Counted from the first letter of the stretch, positions 11,304-21,732 are shown. The stretch is DNA of 64,000 bases from Deinococcus sp. (GCA_965261005.1 OZ253375.1:576001-640000); one strand, 5' to 3'. Numbers and translations are program-made. The notes: generated from the letters alone by a model not told the origin.

Positions 11304-11743
11304 CAGAGCGGACTGGAAAAGAGCTGACGGGCGTCAAGGAGATCGTGAAGGTTTTGGAGGAGAGCAAGACCGTGGCGGTGGTCGGCTTTCACCGCGACCC
11401 TACCAAGGCCGCCCACTACGTTCCCGAGTACCTGAACCGCCAGGGGTACAGCGTCATCCCGGTGAACCCGGCCCTCGCGGCGCGCGGCGAAAGCTACTTC
11501 GGCCACGCGGCGCTGGCAACCCTGGCGGAGATCAAGGCGTCGGTGGACGTGGTGGACGTGTTTCGCCGTTCCGACAAGGTGGGCGACCACTTGGAGGACA
11601 TCCTGGCGATGCGGCCCCCCCCGAAGACCGTTTGGCTGCAACTGGGCATTCGCAACGACGAGGTCGCGCGGGCGCTGGTGGAGGCCGGCATTCAGGTGGT
11701 GCAGGACCGCTGCATGCTGGCCGACCACCGCCAATACCTCTGA
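11300..11743 (+). CDS. CoA-binding protein (YccU-like)
   Basis: VAVVG, IPVNP, VDVVDVFR, VWLQLGI, VVQDRC motifs; ATGA overlap with hemL. Confidence 0.9.
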
Positions 11744-11836
11744 AGCTGACCCCCTCATGACGGCCTCTTAAGAACTTCTCCCGCTTCCCTCACGGCGCGT
11801 CATGTGTCCTCGGCTACGCTCTTTTCGGAGGACCCC

Positions 11837-12841
11837 ATGAAGAACCTGCTTATCATCGGCACCCTGGCCCTGGCGGGCGCCGCGTCGGCCGCGCCCAAGA
11901 TCAGCGCGCAGAGCATTATCGTCAACCCGGTGCAGGCCGACCTGAACGTCAAGGTCTGGACCAACAAGGACCCCGGCGGCCAGGCCAGCCCCAACTACCG
12001 GGTGGGCGAAAGAATCACGCTCTACACCAGCGTGTCGAACGACGCCTACGTGTACCTGTTCAACGTCAACCCCGACGGCTCCATTGACCAGATTCTACCC
12101 AACCGCTTCACCAGCGGCGGCAACTTTCTGAGGGCCAACACCGTCAAGCAGTTTCCCGCCCCCGGCGACAGCTACACCTTCGACATCAGCGGCGTGGCCG
12201 GCCAAAACAAGGTGCTGGCGGTGGCCAGTGAAACGGCCCTTAACCTCGACCAAATCAGCCAATTCAAGTCGGACCAGGGCGGCTTCGCGACCGTGAACGT
12301 GCGCGGGCAGCAGAACCTCGCGCAAGCGCTCTCCATCGTGGTGAACCCGATTCCGCAGAACAGCTGGACCACCGACGTGGCCTTTTACAACACCGTGACG
12401 GCGCAGTCCGCGAACAACGGCAGCATCACCCTGAGCAGCAACGCGAGCGGCGCCAACGTCTACCTGAACGACCGTCTGGTCGGGCAGTCGGGCAGCACCT
12501 TCACGGGCCTGCCGGCCGGCAACTACCGCGTGCGCGTCTCGGCCCCCGGCTACGGCGACTACACCACCACGGTGGCGTTGCGCGCCGGCGCCACCCTGAA
12601 CCTGAACGTGACGCTTCAGGAGCAGCGCGTCAACCTGACCGTGCGCAGCAACGTGGACGGCGCCCGCGTGTTCGTCAACGGCCGCGAGTCGGGCAACATT
12701 CGCGGCGGCAACCTGACGCTCACCTTGACGCGCGGCGACTACGAAATCGCGGTGATCGCGTCCGGCTACCGCGCCAACGTGACCACCGCCCAAGTGCGCA
12801 GCGGCGGCACGCTGACCCTCAACCTCAACCGCGCGCCGTAA
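11837..12841 (+). CDS. Secreted DUF4384 + PEGA domain (S-layer-like) protein
   Basis: GGAGG SD; signal peptide; [20 protein letters not shown]...QILPN; two PEGA-like repeats (SN..GA.V..NG). Confidence 0.82.
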   Translation: MKNLLIIGTLALAGAASAAPKISAQSIIVNPVQADLNVKVWTNKDPGGQASPNYRVGERITLYTSVSNDAYVYLFNVNPDGSIDQILPNRFTSGGNFLRANTVKQFPAPGDSYTFDISGVAGQNKVLAVASETALNLDQISQFKSDQGGFATVNVRGQQNLAQALSIVVNPIPQNSWTTDVAFYNTVTAQSANNGSITLSSNASGANVYLNDRLVGQSGSTFTGLPAGNYRVRVSAPGYGDYTTTVALRAGATLNLNVTLQEQRVNLTVRSNVDGARVFVNGRESGNIRGGNLTLTLTRGDYEIAVIASGYRANVTTAQVRSGGTLTLNLNRAP

Positions 12842-12856
12842 CGCTCCCCGTGCTGA

Positions 12857-12879
12857 GGCCCCGCTTCGGCGGGGTTTTT
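12857..12879 (+). terminator. Rho-independent terminator
   Basis: GGCCCCGC-TTCG-GCGGGGTT hairpin with a T tract, directly after the PEGA gene. Confidence 0.85.
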
Positions 12880-12917
12880 CATGTTCGTTTGACGCAAAGC
12901 GGCCAAGCTGGACGGTA

Positions 12918-13463
12918 ATGAACGACGCCCTTCAGTCCAGCTTACACCGCTTGGCCGTGAACAGCCCGGCGCTCACGCCCCTCTTAGTATTCGCCGCAAC
13001 CGAACTGCTGTTCGTGCTGGCGGCGGTTTTGGTGCTGCTGGCCTTGTACCGGCGCGAGCGGGTCACTTGGGCTTACTTGGCGCGGGCGGCCATTGCTTGC
13101 GCCGTCTCGGCGGTGTTGACGCTGCTGCTGGGCCAGCTGATTCAGGACCCGCGCCCGTACCTGGCGGAACACTACGCCGCCCTGGCACATACCTCCGCCG
13201 ATAACGGCTTTCCCTCCGACCACACCTTGGTGGCCGCCCTGATCGCGGGCCTGGCGCTGTGGCTGGATCGGCGCTGGGCGCTGGCGCTGGCCGCCGGGGC
13301 GCTGCTGGTCCTGCTGGGTCGCCTGGCCATCGGGGCGCACCACACCCTGGACGTGGCGGGCAGCGTCCTGATCGCGCTGCTGAGCTTGTTGATCGCGACT
13401 CGGCCACGTTTTCCGGCCTCTTGGCGGCGCGGCGTGCTGAGCGGGCGCACACGGAGCGCATAA
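12918..13463 (+). CDS. PAP2 family phosphatase (BcrC-like undecaprenyl-diphosphatase)
   Basis: PRP, FPSDH, R...GAH..LDV motifs; hydrophobic. Confidence 0.88.
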   Translation: MNDALQSSLHRLAVNSPALTPLLVFAATELLFVLAAVLVLLALYRRERVTWAYLARAAIACAVSAVLTLLLGQLIQDPRPYLAEHYAALAHTSADNGFPSDHTLVAALIAGLALWLDRRWALALAAGALLVLLGRLAIGAHHTLDVAGSVLIALLSLLIATRPRFPASWRRGVLSGRTRSA

Positions 13464-13465
13464 AC

Positions 13466-13494
13466 TTGACTTTTCATGCATAGCACGCTATGCT
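13466..13494 (+). promoter_or_regulatory. Sigma70-like promoter TTGACT-N17-TATGCT with an overlapping palindrome
   Basis: Near-consensus hexamers at 17 nt spacing; GCATAGC-AC-GCTATGC dyad at 13478-13493. Confidence 0.55.
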
Positions 13495-13503
13495 TTTTTT
13501 ATC

Positions 13504-13527
13504 AGCGGCCGAAAAGGCCGCTTTTTT
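13504..13527 (+). terminator. Rho-independent terminator
   Basis: AGCGGCC-GAAAA-GGCCGCT followed by a T run. Confidence 0.75.
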
Positions 13528-13529
13528 GT

Positions 13530-13988
13530 TCACCAGCCCAGCACCTGCCGCGCCGCCTCGTAGGCGCCAATGCCCGCCGCGACGGCCAGGTTCAGGCTGC
13601 GCCCCTCCCCCGGCATGGGCAGGGTCACGCAGGTCAAGCGGGCGCGCAGCCACTCGGGCAAACCGCGCGACTCGGGGCCAAAAACCAGGTAATCGCCGGC
13701 TTGGTAACGAACCGAGGTGTAGGCCCTGCCCGTCTTGGTGGTGAAGCCGAAGGGCCGCGCCTCACTCGGCAAGCTGGCCTCGAAGGCGGTCCAGCTGGCG
13801 TACTCAAGCAAGTCCACCGCCCGCAGGTAGTCCATGCCCGCGCGCTTGAACTGCGGGTCGTGCAGCCGGAAGCCAAAGGGGCGGATCAGGTGCAGCCCCG
13901 CACCCAGCACCGCACAAGTGCGCGCGACGTTGCCGACATTGCCGGCGTTCTCCGGCTCAAACAAAACGACGTGCAGGGGCGCCGCCAT
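13530..13988 (-). CDS. trmL: tRNA (cytidine/uridine(34)-2'-O)-methyltransferase, SpoU family
   Basis: [40 protein letters not shown]. Confidence 0.93.
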   Translation of the reverse strand: MAAPLHVVLFEPENAGNVGNVARTCAVLGAGLHLIRPFGFRLHDPQFKRAGMDYLRAVDLLEYASWTAFEASLPSEARPFGFTTKTGRAYTSVRYQAGDYLVFGPESRGLPEWLRARLTCVTLPMPGEGRSLNLAVAAGIGAYEAARQVLGW

Positions 13989-14001
13989 CAGACAGACCCC
14001 A

Positions 14002-14475
14002 TCAAACAGACCTCAGCAGCACGCTCGCCCGCGCCTGGACGTGTTCCGGCGCCAGCCCCTCGGAGGTTTTGAAGGAGACGCCCACCTCCCCTACGGCCAG
14101 CCTCAGCAAATCTGCCACCCCCCGCGCGATCTCTGCGCGCAGCGGGCCGAGCTTGGGCGTATCCAGGGTCACGACGGCGGCGACGTTGGCGGGTTGGTAG
14201 CCGCGCTCCAGGACCAGCTCCAGGGCGCGCTCTACGATGCGCGCGCTGTTCAAATCTCGGTACTGAGGATCGGTGTCGGGGAAATACTGGCCGATATCCC
14301 CCAGCGCCAGCCCCGACAGCAGCGCGTCCGCGACGGCGTGCAGCAGGGCGTCGCCGTCCGAGTGCGCGACGGGGCCGTGCGGGGCGCCCGGGACGGTCAC
14401 GCCGCCCAGAATCAAGGGACGCCCGGCCTTGAGGCGGTGCGCGTCCTCGCCATAGCCGATGCGGTCAGGCAACAT
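14002..14475 (-). CDS. ispF: 2-C-methyl-D-erythritol 2,4-cyclodiphosphate synthase
   Basis: [36 protein letters not shown]. Confidence 0.95.
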   Translation of the reverse strand: MLPDRIGYGEDAHRLKAGRPLILGGVTVPGAPHGPVAHSDGDALLHAVADALLSGLALGDIGQYFPDTDPQYRDLNSARIVERALELVLERGYQPANVAAVVTLDTPKLGPLRAEIARGVADLLRLAVGEVGVSFKTSEGLAPEHVQARASVLLRSV

Positions 14476-14553
14476 GGCGTGAGTGTAGCGACAGCGCTCT
14501 GCTTTGCCAATCACCGAGCGCTTTACATGGTATAGCCAGGAGCGGAGGTCCAC

Positions 14554-15108
14554 ATGATCGCGTCCCAGATTCACCCGTTGATGCCCCGCCAGCCCGTGCC
14601 CACCTTGGAGGTGCCCCTGGTCGGCGGCGGCACTTGGTCGCTGGGCGCCCAAACGCCCGAGCGTTTCACGATGGTGGTCTTCTACCGGGGGCTGCACTGC
14701 CCCATCTGCGCCAAGTACCTGCGCGACCTGAACGCCAAGGCGGGGGACTTCGGGGGGCGCGGCGTGGGCGCGGTGGCCGTCAGCAGCGATGTCCAGGAGC
14801 GGGCCGAGCAGGCCAAGGCGAACTGGAAGCTCGACAAATTGGCGCTCGGCTACGACCTGACGCTGGAAAAGGCGCGCGAGTGGGGCCTGTACCTGTCGGC
14901 TGGCCGGGGCAAAACGTCCGTCGGCATTGAGGAACCCGCGCGCTTCAGCGAGCCGGGCGTCTTTTTGATGCGGCCGGACGGCACCCTCTACTACGCCTCG
15001 GTGCAGACCATGCCCTTCGCGCGGCCGAATTGGGACGACCTCTTGGGCGCGGTGGACTTCGCCGTGGCGAGGGACTACCCGGCGCGCGGCGAGCTGAGCG
15101 AAGTTTAA
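14554..15108 (+). CDS. Peroxiredoxin-like AhpC/TSA family protein
   Basis: [30 protein letters not shown]. Confidence 0.88.
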   Translation: MIASQIHPLMPRQPVPTLEVPLVGGGTWSLGAQTPERFTMVVFYRGLHCPICAKYLRDLNAKAGDFGGRGVGAVAVSSDVQERAEQAKANWKLDKLALGYDLTLEKAREWGLYLSAGRGKTSVGIEEPARFSEPGVFLMRPDGTLYYASVQTMPFARPNWDDLLGAVDFAVARDYPARGELSEV

Positions 15109-15112
15109 GCGG

Positions 15113-16297
15113 CTACTCGGCCCTGGGCAGCACCCAGCGCAACGCCAGGTAGCCGGCCAGCGCCGCCGCCAGCGAGGCGGCCAGCACGCTCAGCTCGGCC
15201 TGAAGCAGCAGCCCGGCGTCCGCGTAGGCGAGACCCGCCACGAACAGCGACATGGTAAAGCCGATGCCCGCCAGCAAACCGGCCGCGCCGATGGCCGCCC
15301 AGGAAACCCCCTGCGGCAAGGCGGCCAGCTTGAGTCGCACCGCCAGCCAACTGAGCAGCACGACGCCCAGCGGCTTGCCCAGCGCCAGGCCCAGGAAGAT
15401 GCCCAGCGCCACCGGCGTAACGGCCGCGCCCCCACCCACCGAGACGCCCGCGTACAGCAGCGCGAACAGGGGGATGACCAAGTAGGCGACGTAGGGCGAC
15501 AGGCCATGTTCCAAGCGGTGCAGCGGGCCGGCATGATCCTCGGCTTGGCGCTTCGTCCCCAGCGGCACCGTCAGGGCGATCAGCACGCCCGCCACCGAGG
15601 GGCTGACGCCCGAGTCGAGCATCAGGAGCCACACGCCGAGGCCCAGCAGCCCGAACACGAACAGGTTGGCGCCGCCGAGGCGGCCGTACAGCCACGCCAG
15701 CGCCAACACGCCGGCCGCCGCCAGCAGCAGCCAAACGTTCAGCTGGCCGGCGTAGAACACCGCGATCACCAGCACCGCGCCGAGGTCGTCCACAATGGCG
15801 AGGGCGGTCAAAAACACCTTGAGGCCGAGCGGTACCCGCTTGCCCAGCAGCGACAGCACCCCCAGGGCAAAGGCGATGTCGGTCGCCATCGGCACGCCCC
15901 AACCGCCGGCCCCCGGCCCACCCGCGTTGACGGCCAGGTACACCAGGGCCGGAAAGAGCATCCCGCCCAACGCCGCCATCATGGGCAGCGCGGCGCGCTC
16001 GCGGCTGGCCAACTCGCCCTGGACCAATTCGCGCTTGATCTCCAAGCCCACCAAGCAGAAGAAGAACGCCATCAAGCCGTTCTTGACCCACTTCGCGAGG
16101 GTCATCTCCAAGTTGAAGTCGCCTAGGCGCAGCTCCAACGGGGCGTCCTGAAGCGCCGTGTAGCTGGGCGCGAGCGGCGAGTTGGCCCATACAAAGGCGA
16201 GCAGGGCGACGGCGAACAGCACGATGGCGCCGGCGGACTCCTGCTGAAAGAACTGTTGAAACAAGTCGAGCGGGGCGGGCGCGGCGGAACGGGCCAT
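15113..16297 (-). CDS. nhaA: Na+/H+ antiporter NhaA
   Basis: [40 protein letters not shown]. Confidence 0.96.
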   Translation of the reverse strand: MARSAAPAPLDLFQQFFQQESAGAIVLFAVALLAFVWANSPLAPSYTALQDAPLELRLGDFNLEMTLAKWVKNGLMAFFFCLVGLEIKRELVQGELASRERAALPMMAALGGMLFPALVYLAVNAGGPGAGGWGVPMATDIAFALGVLSLLGKRVPLGLKVFLTALAIVDDLGAVLVIAVFYAGQLNVWLLLAAAGVLALAWLYGRLGGANLFVFGLLGLGVWLLMLDSGVSPSVAGVLIALTVPLGTKRQAEDHAGPLHRLEHGLSPYVAYLVIPLFALLYAGVSVGGGAAVTPVALGIFLGLALGKPLGVVLLSWLAVRLKLAALPQGVSWAAIGAAGLLAGIGFTMSLFVAGLAYADAGLLLQAELSVLAASLAAALAGYLALRWVLPRAE

Positions 16298-16449
16298 GAA
16301 ACCTCCAGAGAAGCGTGAAGCCGGGAGCGTGCCGGCTCAGCATAGCGGGCGGGACGTCTTATGCTGGGGCGGTGAAGCCGCACGGCCGCGAATGGTCTTC
16401 CCTTCGCCGAGGAGCGCTCCCTCTGGCTGGTCCGCACAGGAATGACCAG

Positions 16450-16482
16450 TTGACAAATCAGTTTACTTTTTAAAGTAGACTG
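16450..16482 (+). promoter_or_regulatory. Promoter with inverted-repeat operator upstream of the MFS gene
   Basis: TTGACA (16450), TAGACT (16476), dyad CAGTTTACTTT-TT-AAAGTAGACTG. Confidence 0.6.
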
Positions 16483-16486
16483 GGGT

Positions 16487-17695
16487 ATGTCCCAAGCCTC
16501 TCCCGTCCTTCAGCCCGACCCGAACGCCGCGTCAAAACGCGCGCCGAGCGGATGGACCCGCCTGACCCTGCTGCTGCTCGCCGCCCTCACCATCATGGCC
16601 GGGGCGACCATCGCGCCGGCCTTGCCCGCGATGGGGGCGTACTTCGCGGACCAGCCTCACGCCGCGCTGCTGGTCAAGCTGGCGCTGACGGTGGTGGGGC
16701 TGGTAATCGCGCTGAGCGCGCCCCTGAGCGGCATACTGGCCGACCGCTTTGGGCGGCGGCCGGTGCTGCTGGTGTCGCTGGTGCTGTACGCGCTGGGCGG
16801 CGCCAGCGGCCTGATCGCGGGTTCCTTGGGTGAGGTGCTGGCCGGGCGCGTGGTGCTGGGGCTGGCGGTGGCCGGCACCATGACCGGGGTGGGGGCGCTG
16901 GTCACCGACCTCTTCAGCGGCCAAGCGCGCGGGCGCTTTTTGAGCCAGCAGGCCGCCTTTACCAACTTCGGCGGGGCGCTGCTGTTGCCGCTGGGCGGCC
17001 TGCTGGCCGGTTTCAGTTGGCGTGGACCGTTTTGGCTGTACCTGATCGCGCTGCTCCTGCTGCCCTTGGTGCTGCGCCTGCCGGGCGGCGCGGCGCGGCC
17101 AAGCGAGGTGAGTGGGCCAAACGAACGGCCGCGCTGGGCAACCATTGGGCTGGTGTACGCGCTGGCCCTGGCCTACATGGTGGTCTTTTACCTGATGCCG
17201 GCGCAGGGACCCTTTCTGCTTCAGCGCTTGGGCGCCGCGCCGAGCGTGACCGGCCTGTTGCTGGGCGCCTTTACGCTGGTCGCGGCGCTGACCTCGCTGG
17301 GCTACTCGCGCTTCGTGGGCCGCTTCGACGCCCGGCGGGTGGCCGGGCTGGGCATGCTGCTGCTCGCCGGCGGCTGGGGACTGGTGTCGCTGGCCCAAAG
17401 CTTGCCGGCCGTGCTGGCGGGCTTGGTGGTGGCCGGTCTCGGCGGCTTGGTTCTGCCCAACTTGTACACCTGGCTGGCCGACCTGACCCCGGCGGCGTGG
17501 CGCGGGCGCATCGTGTCGGGCATGAGCAGCGCCATATTTCTGGGCCAGTTTTTGAGTCCGCTGCTGCTGGCCGCGCCGGCGGACCACCCCGCGCAGGGCT
17601 TCGCGTGGGGCGCGCTTGCCATCGCCCTGATCGGCGCCGGGCTGTTGGCGTTCAGCTGGCGCGGCGGCGCGTGGGTCGCCCGTGGGGCGACCTGA
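16487..17695 (+). CDS. MFS transporter
   Basis: Motif A GILADRFGRRPVL; about 12 hydrophobic segments. Confidence 0.92.
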   Translation: MSQASPVLQPDPNAASKRAPSGWTRLTLLLLAALTIMAGATIAPALPAMGAYFADQPHAALLVKLALTVVGLVIALSAPLSGILADRFGRRPVLLVSLVLYALGGASGLIAGSLGEVLAGRVVLGLAVAGTMTGVGALVTDLFSGQARGRFLSQQAAFTNFGGALLLPLGGLLAGFSWRGPFWLYLIALLLLPLVLRLPGGAARPSEVSGPNERPRWATIGLVYALALAYMVVFYLMPAQGPFLLQRLGAAPSVTGLLLGAFTLVAALTSLGYSRFVGRFDARRVAGLGMLLLAGGWGLVSLAQSLPAVLAGLVVAGLGGLVLPNLYTWLADLTPAAWRGRIVSGMSSAIFLGQFLSPLLLAAPADHPAQGFAWGALAIALIGAGLLAFSWRGGAWVARGAT

Positions 17696-17740
17696 CCGCC
17701 CCGCTCGATCTGGGCGCGAGGCGCGGTCTTATAGTGGGGC

Positions 17741-18205
17741 ATGACCGAAGCCAGTGAGCGCCGAATTCGTGTGCTGATCGCCAAGCCCGGCATGGACGGG
17801 CACGACCGGGGCGCCAAGGTGATCGCCCGCGCCCTGCGCGACGCGGGCATGGAGGTGATCTACACCGGGCTGCGCCAAAGCGCCGAGATGATCGTGGCGG
17901 CGGCCGTGCAGGAGGACGTGGACGCCATCGGCCTGAGCGTGCTGTCAGGGGCGCACATGCCCTACTTCCGCGACGTGAGGGCGCTGCTGGAGGCGCAGGG
18001 GGCCGGCGACATCATCCTCTTCGGCGGAGGCATCATCCCCGACCAGGACCTGCCGAGGCTCGCGGAACTCGGCGTGGGCAAGCTGTTCACGCCGGGGGCC
18101 AGCACCGAGGAGCCTGTTGTCTGGCTGCGCGAGGTCGTGCCGCAGCGCTGGGCAGATCAAAGCTGGACCGATCAGGATTGGGCCGGGCAGGAGGACAAAC
18201 TCTAG
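17741..18205 (+). CDS. Cobalamin-binding subunit of an acyl-CoA mutase (methylmalonyl-CoA mutase C-terminal domain)
   Basis: [13 protein letters not shown] (DxHxxG), [15 protein letters not shown]. Confidence 0.92.
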   Translation: MTEASERRIRVLIAKPGMDGHDRGAKVIARALRDAGMEVIYTGLRQSAEMIVAAAVQEDVDAIGLSVLSGAHMPYFRDVRALLEAQGAGDIILFGGGIIPDQDLPRLAELGVGKLFTPGASTEEPVVWLREVVPQRWADQSWTDQDWAGQEDKL

Positions 18206-19386
18206 TGGCGCTCACCGCCGCGCGCAAGGCCCTCTTCGATCCGCGCGTGGCGCTGCTGTTCGTGGCGCAGGCCGTGGCGGTCGGCGCCACCACCTCCAGC
18301 CAGGTGCTGGGCAGCATTATCGCCGCGCAAATGGGTCGCGAGGCTTGGGCCGGTCTGCCTTCGAGCGCGAACACCTTCGCGGCGGCCCTGGCCGCCTACC
18401 CCTTCGGCGCGCTGATGGCCCGGGCTGGCTGGAGGTTCGGCTTGGTGGGCGCCTACAGCCTCGGGGCGCTGGGCGCGCTGGTGGGCTTTTTCGGGGCGCG
18501 GGCGGACAGCTTCGCCCTTTTTTTGCTGGGCTGCGCCCTGCTCGGGGCGGCCTCAGGGGGCTTTCAGCAGGGGCGCTACGCGGCGGCGGCCAGCGTGCGC
18601 CCGGAGCGCCGCGCCGCCGCCCTGAGCCTGCTGCTGTTCATGAGCGTGCTGGGCAGCGCCCTGTCCGCGCTGCTGGCGCCGGCGCTCGACCGGGCCGCGC
18701 CTGTCCTGGGCGTCAGCAGCGAGGGCGCGGGCTGGCTGCTGGCGGTGGGCCTCTTGCTGCTGGCCGCGCTCTTGACCACCGGTTGGCGGGCGCCGCCATT
18801 GCCGGCGGCCGTTCGCGCAGTCCCGGGAAACGCGGCAGAGGCGTGGCGAGACCCGCGCGTGCAGGTCGCCGCCCTCTCGCTGATGGTGGCGCAGGGCGTG
18901 ATGGTCACGCTGATGGTCCTGACGCCACTGCGCGCCCACCACCTGGGCATGTCGCACACGGGCGTCGCCGGCCTCTTGTCGCTGCACTTCGCCGGCATGT
19001 TCGGCTTCGCCTGGCTGATCGGCCCCTTGGTGGACCGCTTCTCGCCAAGGGTCGGCCTGCTCACCGGCTCGCTGCTGTTCGTGGTCGCCGCCGCGCTGCT
19101 GCCGCTTGCGGGCGGCGCCACGCTGGGCGCCTCAATCTTTGCGCTGGGCCTGGGTTGGAACGCCTGCTACGTGTCAGGGTCGGCGCTGCTGGCCGCGCGG
19201 CGCGAGGTGCAGGGCGGCGTGGACGCCCTGATGTACCTGAGCGCCGGCCTGGGCGCCCTCGGCGGCAGCCTGATCGTGGCGAACTATGGCTTCGGGCTGC
19301 TCGCGCTGCTGGGCGGCTTGATCGGGCTGCTGCCGGCGCTGGCGTCGCTGCGGTTGCCGGGGAAGGTGGCGGTGGCGGCGGACTGA
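18205..19386 (+). CDS. MFS transporter
   Basis: About 12 hydrophobic segments; QQGRYAAA, HFAGMF, GLGWN; GTG start overlaps the previous stop. Confidence 0.85.
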   Translation: MALTAARKALFDPRVALLFVAQAVAVGATTSSQVLGSIIAAQMGREAWAGLPSSANTFAAALAAYPFGALMARAGWRFGLVGAYSLGALGALVGFFGARADSFALFLLGCALLGAASGGFQQGRYAAAASVRPERRAAALSLLLFMSVLGSALSALLAPALDRAAPVLGVSSEGAGWLLAVGLLLLAALLTTGWRAPPLPAAVRAVPGNAAEAWRDPRVQVAALSLMVAQGVMVTLMVLTPLRAHHLGMSHTGVAGLLSLHFAGMFGFAWLIGPLVDRFSPRVGLLTGSLLFVVAAALLPLAGGATLGASIFALGLGWNACYVSGSALLAARREVQGGVDALMYLSAGLGALGGSLIVANYGFGLLALLGGLIGLLPALASLRLPGKVAVAAD

Positions 19387-19387
19387 A

Positions 19388-20050
19388 CTATGGCCCCGGC
19401 AGCCAAGACCACGTCGGCAAGTCCCCGTCGGTCAGCAGCTCGATCATGTGCGACTCCGAGGCGATGAATAGGTGACGGTAGAGCGGCTGCCGGTAGTAGG
19501 CTTCGTACCGTTTGCGGGCTTCTTCGTGGGCTTGGACTTGCAATTCGGCCAGTTCCTCGGATGTGGGCGCGGCCTCGTCTTTGCCCCAGCTCGCAATCGT
19601 GACGGGTATGGGTTCCCCGTAGGGTGGAAAGACGGCCGTGGCCGGATTATCCGTCAACATCTCCTCAACCCAGGCGTCTGGCTCGCCCCTGACCTCATAG
19701 AAGGTGTGCTGCTTGGTCTCCAGGCCCGCCCAGTTGCGCTCCCCGTAAGGCTGGGAATAGAACTCCTCGTAGGTTTCCAGCGCGAAGACCCTTCCCTCCC
19801 AGGTCAGGCGCAAGGTGCCGGGCAAGCCGTTCGGGTCGGGAATGAGGCTGCCGTCCGGCGCGTGGAAAACGCTCGTTCGCCCGTCCGGGCTGTATTGCAT
19901 GTCCCGCAGCTCGATCAAAAGGGACGGGCTGCTTGCCAAGTTCAGCTCCAGGCGCGTGACCATCGGGCGCAGAAAACGGTTGGCGGCAAGCAGGCCCTCG
20001 TCGGGCCAATCGAGAAAGGTGTACTGGGCGAAGCGGTCCAGGCGGCGCAC
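19388..20050 (-). CDS. Hypothetical protein
   Basis: 220-aa ORF with globular composition filling the gap; TAAAGT 6 nt upstream of the GTG. Confidence 0.6.
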   Translation of the reverse strand: MRRLDRFAQYTFLDWPDEGLLAANRFLRPMVTRLELNLASSPSLLIELRDMQYSPDGRTSVFHAPDGSLIPDPNGLPGTLRLTWEGRVFALETYEEFYSQPYGERNWAGLETKQHTFYEVRGEPDAWVEEMLTDNPATAVFPPYGEPIPVTIASWGKDEAAPTSEELAELQVQAHEEARKRYEAYYRQPLYRHLFIASESHMIELLTDGDLPTWSWLPGP

Positions 20051-20118
20051 GTCAACACTTTAGTCAAAACTGGGTGCGTCTGGCGCCGTTTCTGCTGTAG
20101 AAGTCGAGCTTCCGGGTG

Positions 20119-20178
20119 GCCCCCACCCCCCAACCCCCTACCCCCAAAGGGGGTAGGGGGCTTTCCGCTGCGCTCGGC
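20119..20178. repeat. REP-like palindromic intergenic element
   Basis: Perfect 12-bp stem CCCCCTACCCCC-AAA-GGGGGTAGGGGG at 20134-20160 with a C-rich flank. Confidence 0.6.
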
Positions 20179-20351
20179 ACGTTGTGCGGCTGGAGCGTTG
20201 GGCTGCTGTGAATCGCTGGATTCGTTATCGGGTCACTGCCGTCCAGGCGAAAACCTCTTGGTGCAAAGGCGGTGAGCCGAAAAGGTACAAGCGGGGCAAA
20301 TGTATTTATCTTTTCACTCCTCCCAGCCAACTCGCCCACCCCAACCGAACC

Positions 20352-20735
20352 TCAGCGCATCTGATCCCGAATCTCCTGCAAGGTCTCCAGAAAAGCGTCC
20401 TCAAAGGCTTCCTCCAGCTCGCGGTCGCGCACCAGGTTTTCCTGTTCGCTGGCGGCCTGCGCCCGGGTCCAGCGCACGCGGGCGCCGCGCGCGCCGCTGA
20501 CGTTGCCCTTGCCGGCCACGTAGCGGGCGGCGGCCTCGACCGCCTCGCGCGGGTTTCCGGTTGGGACGGTGACGGACAGGTTGCGAATGTCGCCGCCGCG
20601 CTCGTTCACCAAGCTGGCCGTAACCTCGATGCGCCCGCCGACGTGGCCGAGAAAGACTTGGTCTACCTTCCACATGGCGCTGGCACGCAGCGGCTCGGGC
20701 CGGGCGCTGCCCCTTCGGCGCGCGGAGCGGGCCAT
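20352..20735 (-). CDS. Hypothetical protein
   Basis: 127-aa ORF, host-like codon usage, GGAAGG upstream; follows ptb in the same orientation. Confidence 0.7.
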   Translation of the reverse strand: MARSARRRGSARPEPLRASAMWKVDQVFLGHVGGRIEVTASLVNERGGDIRNLSVTVPTGNPREAVEAAARYVAGKGNVSGARGARVRWTRAQAASEQENLVRDRELEEAFEDAFLETLQEIRDQMR

Positions 20736-20763
20736 TACAGCCTTCCCATCACAAGAGCGCCCA

Positions 20764-21732
20764 TCACAGCAGCGGCAGCCGCTCGGCCAGCACGCAGGCG
20801 AGCGCCAGGGAGTTGAACTTGGTCTCCTCCGAGTCGGCGCGCGAGGTCAGCACGATGGGGGCGCGGGCGCCCAAGACCACGCCCGCCACCCGCGCCCGCG
20901 CGAAGTACACCAAGGTTTTGTAGAAGACGTTGCCCACGTCGAGGTCGTCCACGATCAGCACGTCGGCTTGGCCCGCCACCGGGCTGACGATCTTCTTGGT
21001 GCGCGCGGCCTCCTCGCTGACGGCGTTATCTAAGGCGAGGGGACCGTCAATCAGGGCGCCCTTGATCTGGCCGCGGTCGCCCATTTTGGAGATGATGGCG
21101 TCGTCCACGGCGGTGCTCATGTCGGGGTTGACCACCTCCACGGCGGCCAGCATGGCGACCTTCGGCTGCGGCAGGCCGAGGGCATGCGCGACCGTCACGG
21201 CGTTCTCGACGATGCCGATTTTTGCCCTCAGATCGGGTTCGATGTTCATGGCGCCGTCGGACATCAGGAACAGCCGGCCGAAGTCGGTGCCGGGCACGTC
21301 GTAGGCCAGCACGTGTGACAACAGCTTGCCGGTTCTGAGGCCCCACTCCTTGTTCAGCACGGCGCGCAGCAGAATGGCGGTGTCGAGCATGCCCTTCATC
21401 AGCACGTCGGCCTCACCGGAGCTAACGGCCCTCACCGCCCCCTCGGCGGCGCCGTCAAGGCCGATTGCCGGGCGCACCTCCGCCTTGGAGAGGTCGAAGC
21501 CGACCTCGCGCGCCGCCGCCTCGATCCCGGCGGGGTCCCCGACCAGGATGGGCCGGATCAAGCCCTCCAGACGGGCTTCGTGCACGGCGGCCAGCACGTG
21601 CGCGTCGGCCGCCGCCGCCACCGCCACGCGCTTGGGGCCGCGCACCGCCGCGATCAGGCGCGCGAGGTCGAGCATGGCGGGCATCGAGCGCACCTGCTCG
21701 ATGCTGCGAAATTCGATGGTGGTATTGGTCAC
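20764..21732 (-). CDS. ptb: Phosphate butyryltransferase / phosphate acyltransferase
   Basis: VLMKG...T, LLSHV, DGPLALDNA, VLTSRADS; GTGA overlap with buk. Confidence 0.92.
   Translation of the reverse strand: MTNTTIEFRSIEQVRSMPAMLDLARLIAAVRGPKRVAVAAAADAHVLAAVHEARLEGLIRPILVGDPAGIEAAAREVGFDLSKAEVRPAIGLDGAAEGAVRAVSSGEADVLMKGMLDTAILLRAVLNKEWGLRTGKLLSHVLAYDVPGTDFGRLFLMSDGAMNIEPDLRAKIGIVENAVTVAHALGLPQPKVAMLAAVEVVNPDMSTAVDDAIISKMGDRGQIKGALIDGPLALDNAVSEEAARTKKIVSPVAGQADVLIVDDLDVGNVFYKTLVYFARARVAGVVLGARAPIVLTSRADSEETKFNSLALACVLAERLPLL

Noticed and set aside
16298..16440. nhaA-associated riboswitch in the nhaA leader
   Set aside because: Two hairpins are possible (CAGCATA/TATGCTG and AGCCGG/CCGGCT), but I could not match the nhaA-I or nhaA-II consensus by eye; needs an Rfam scan
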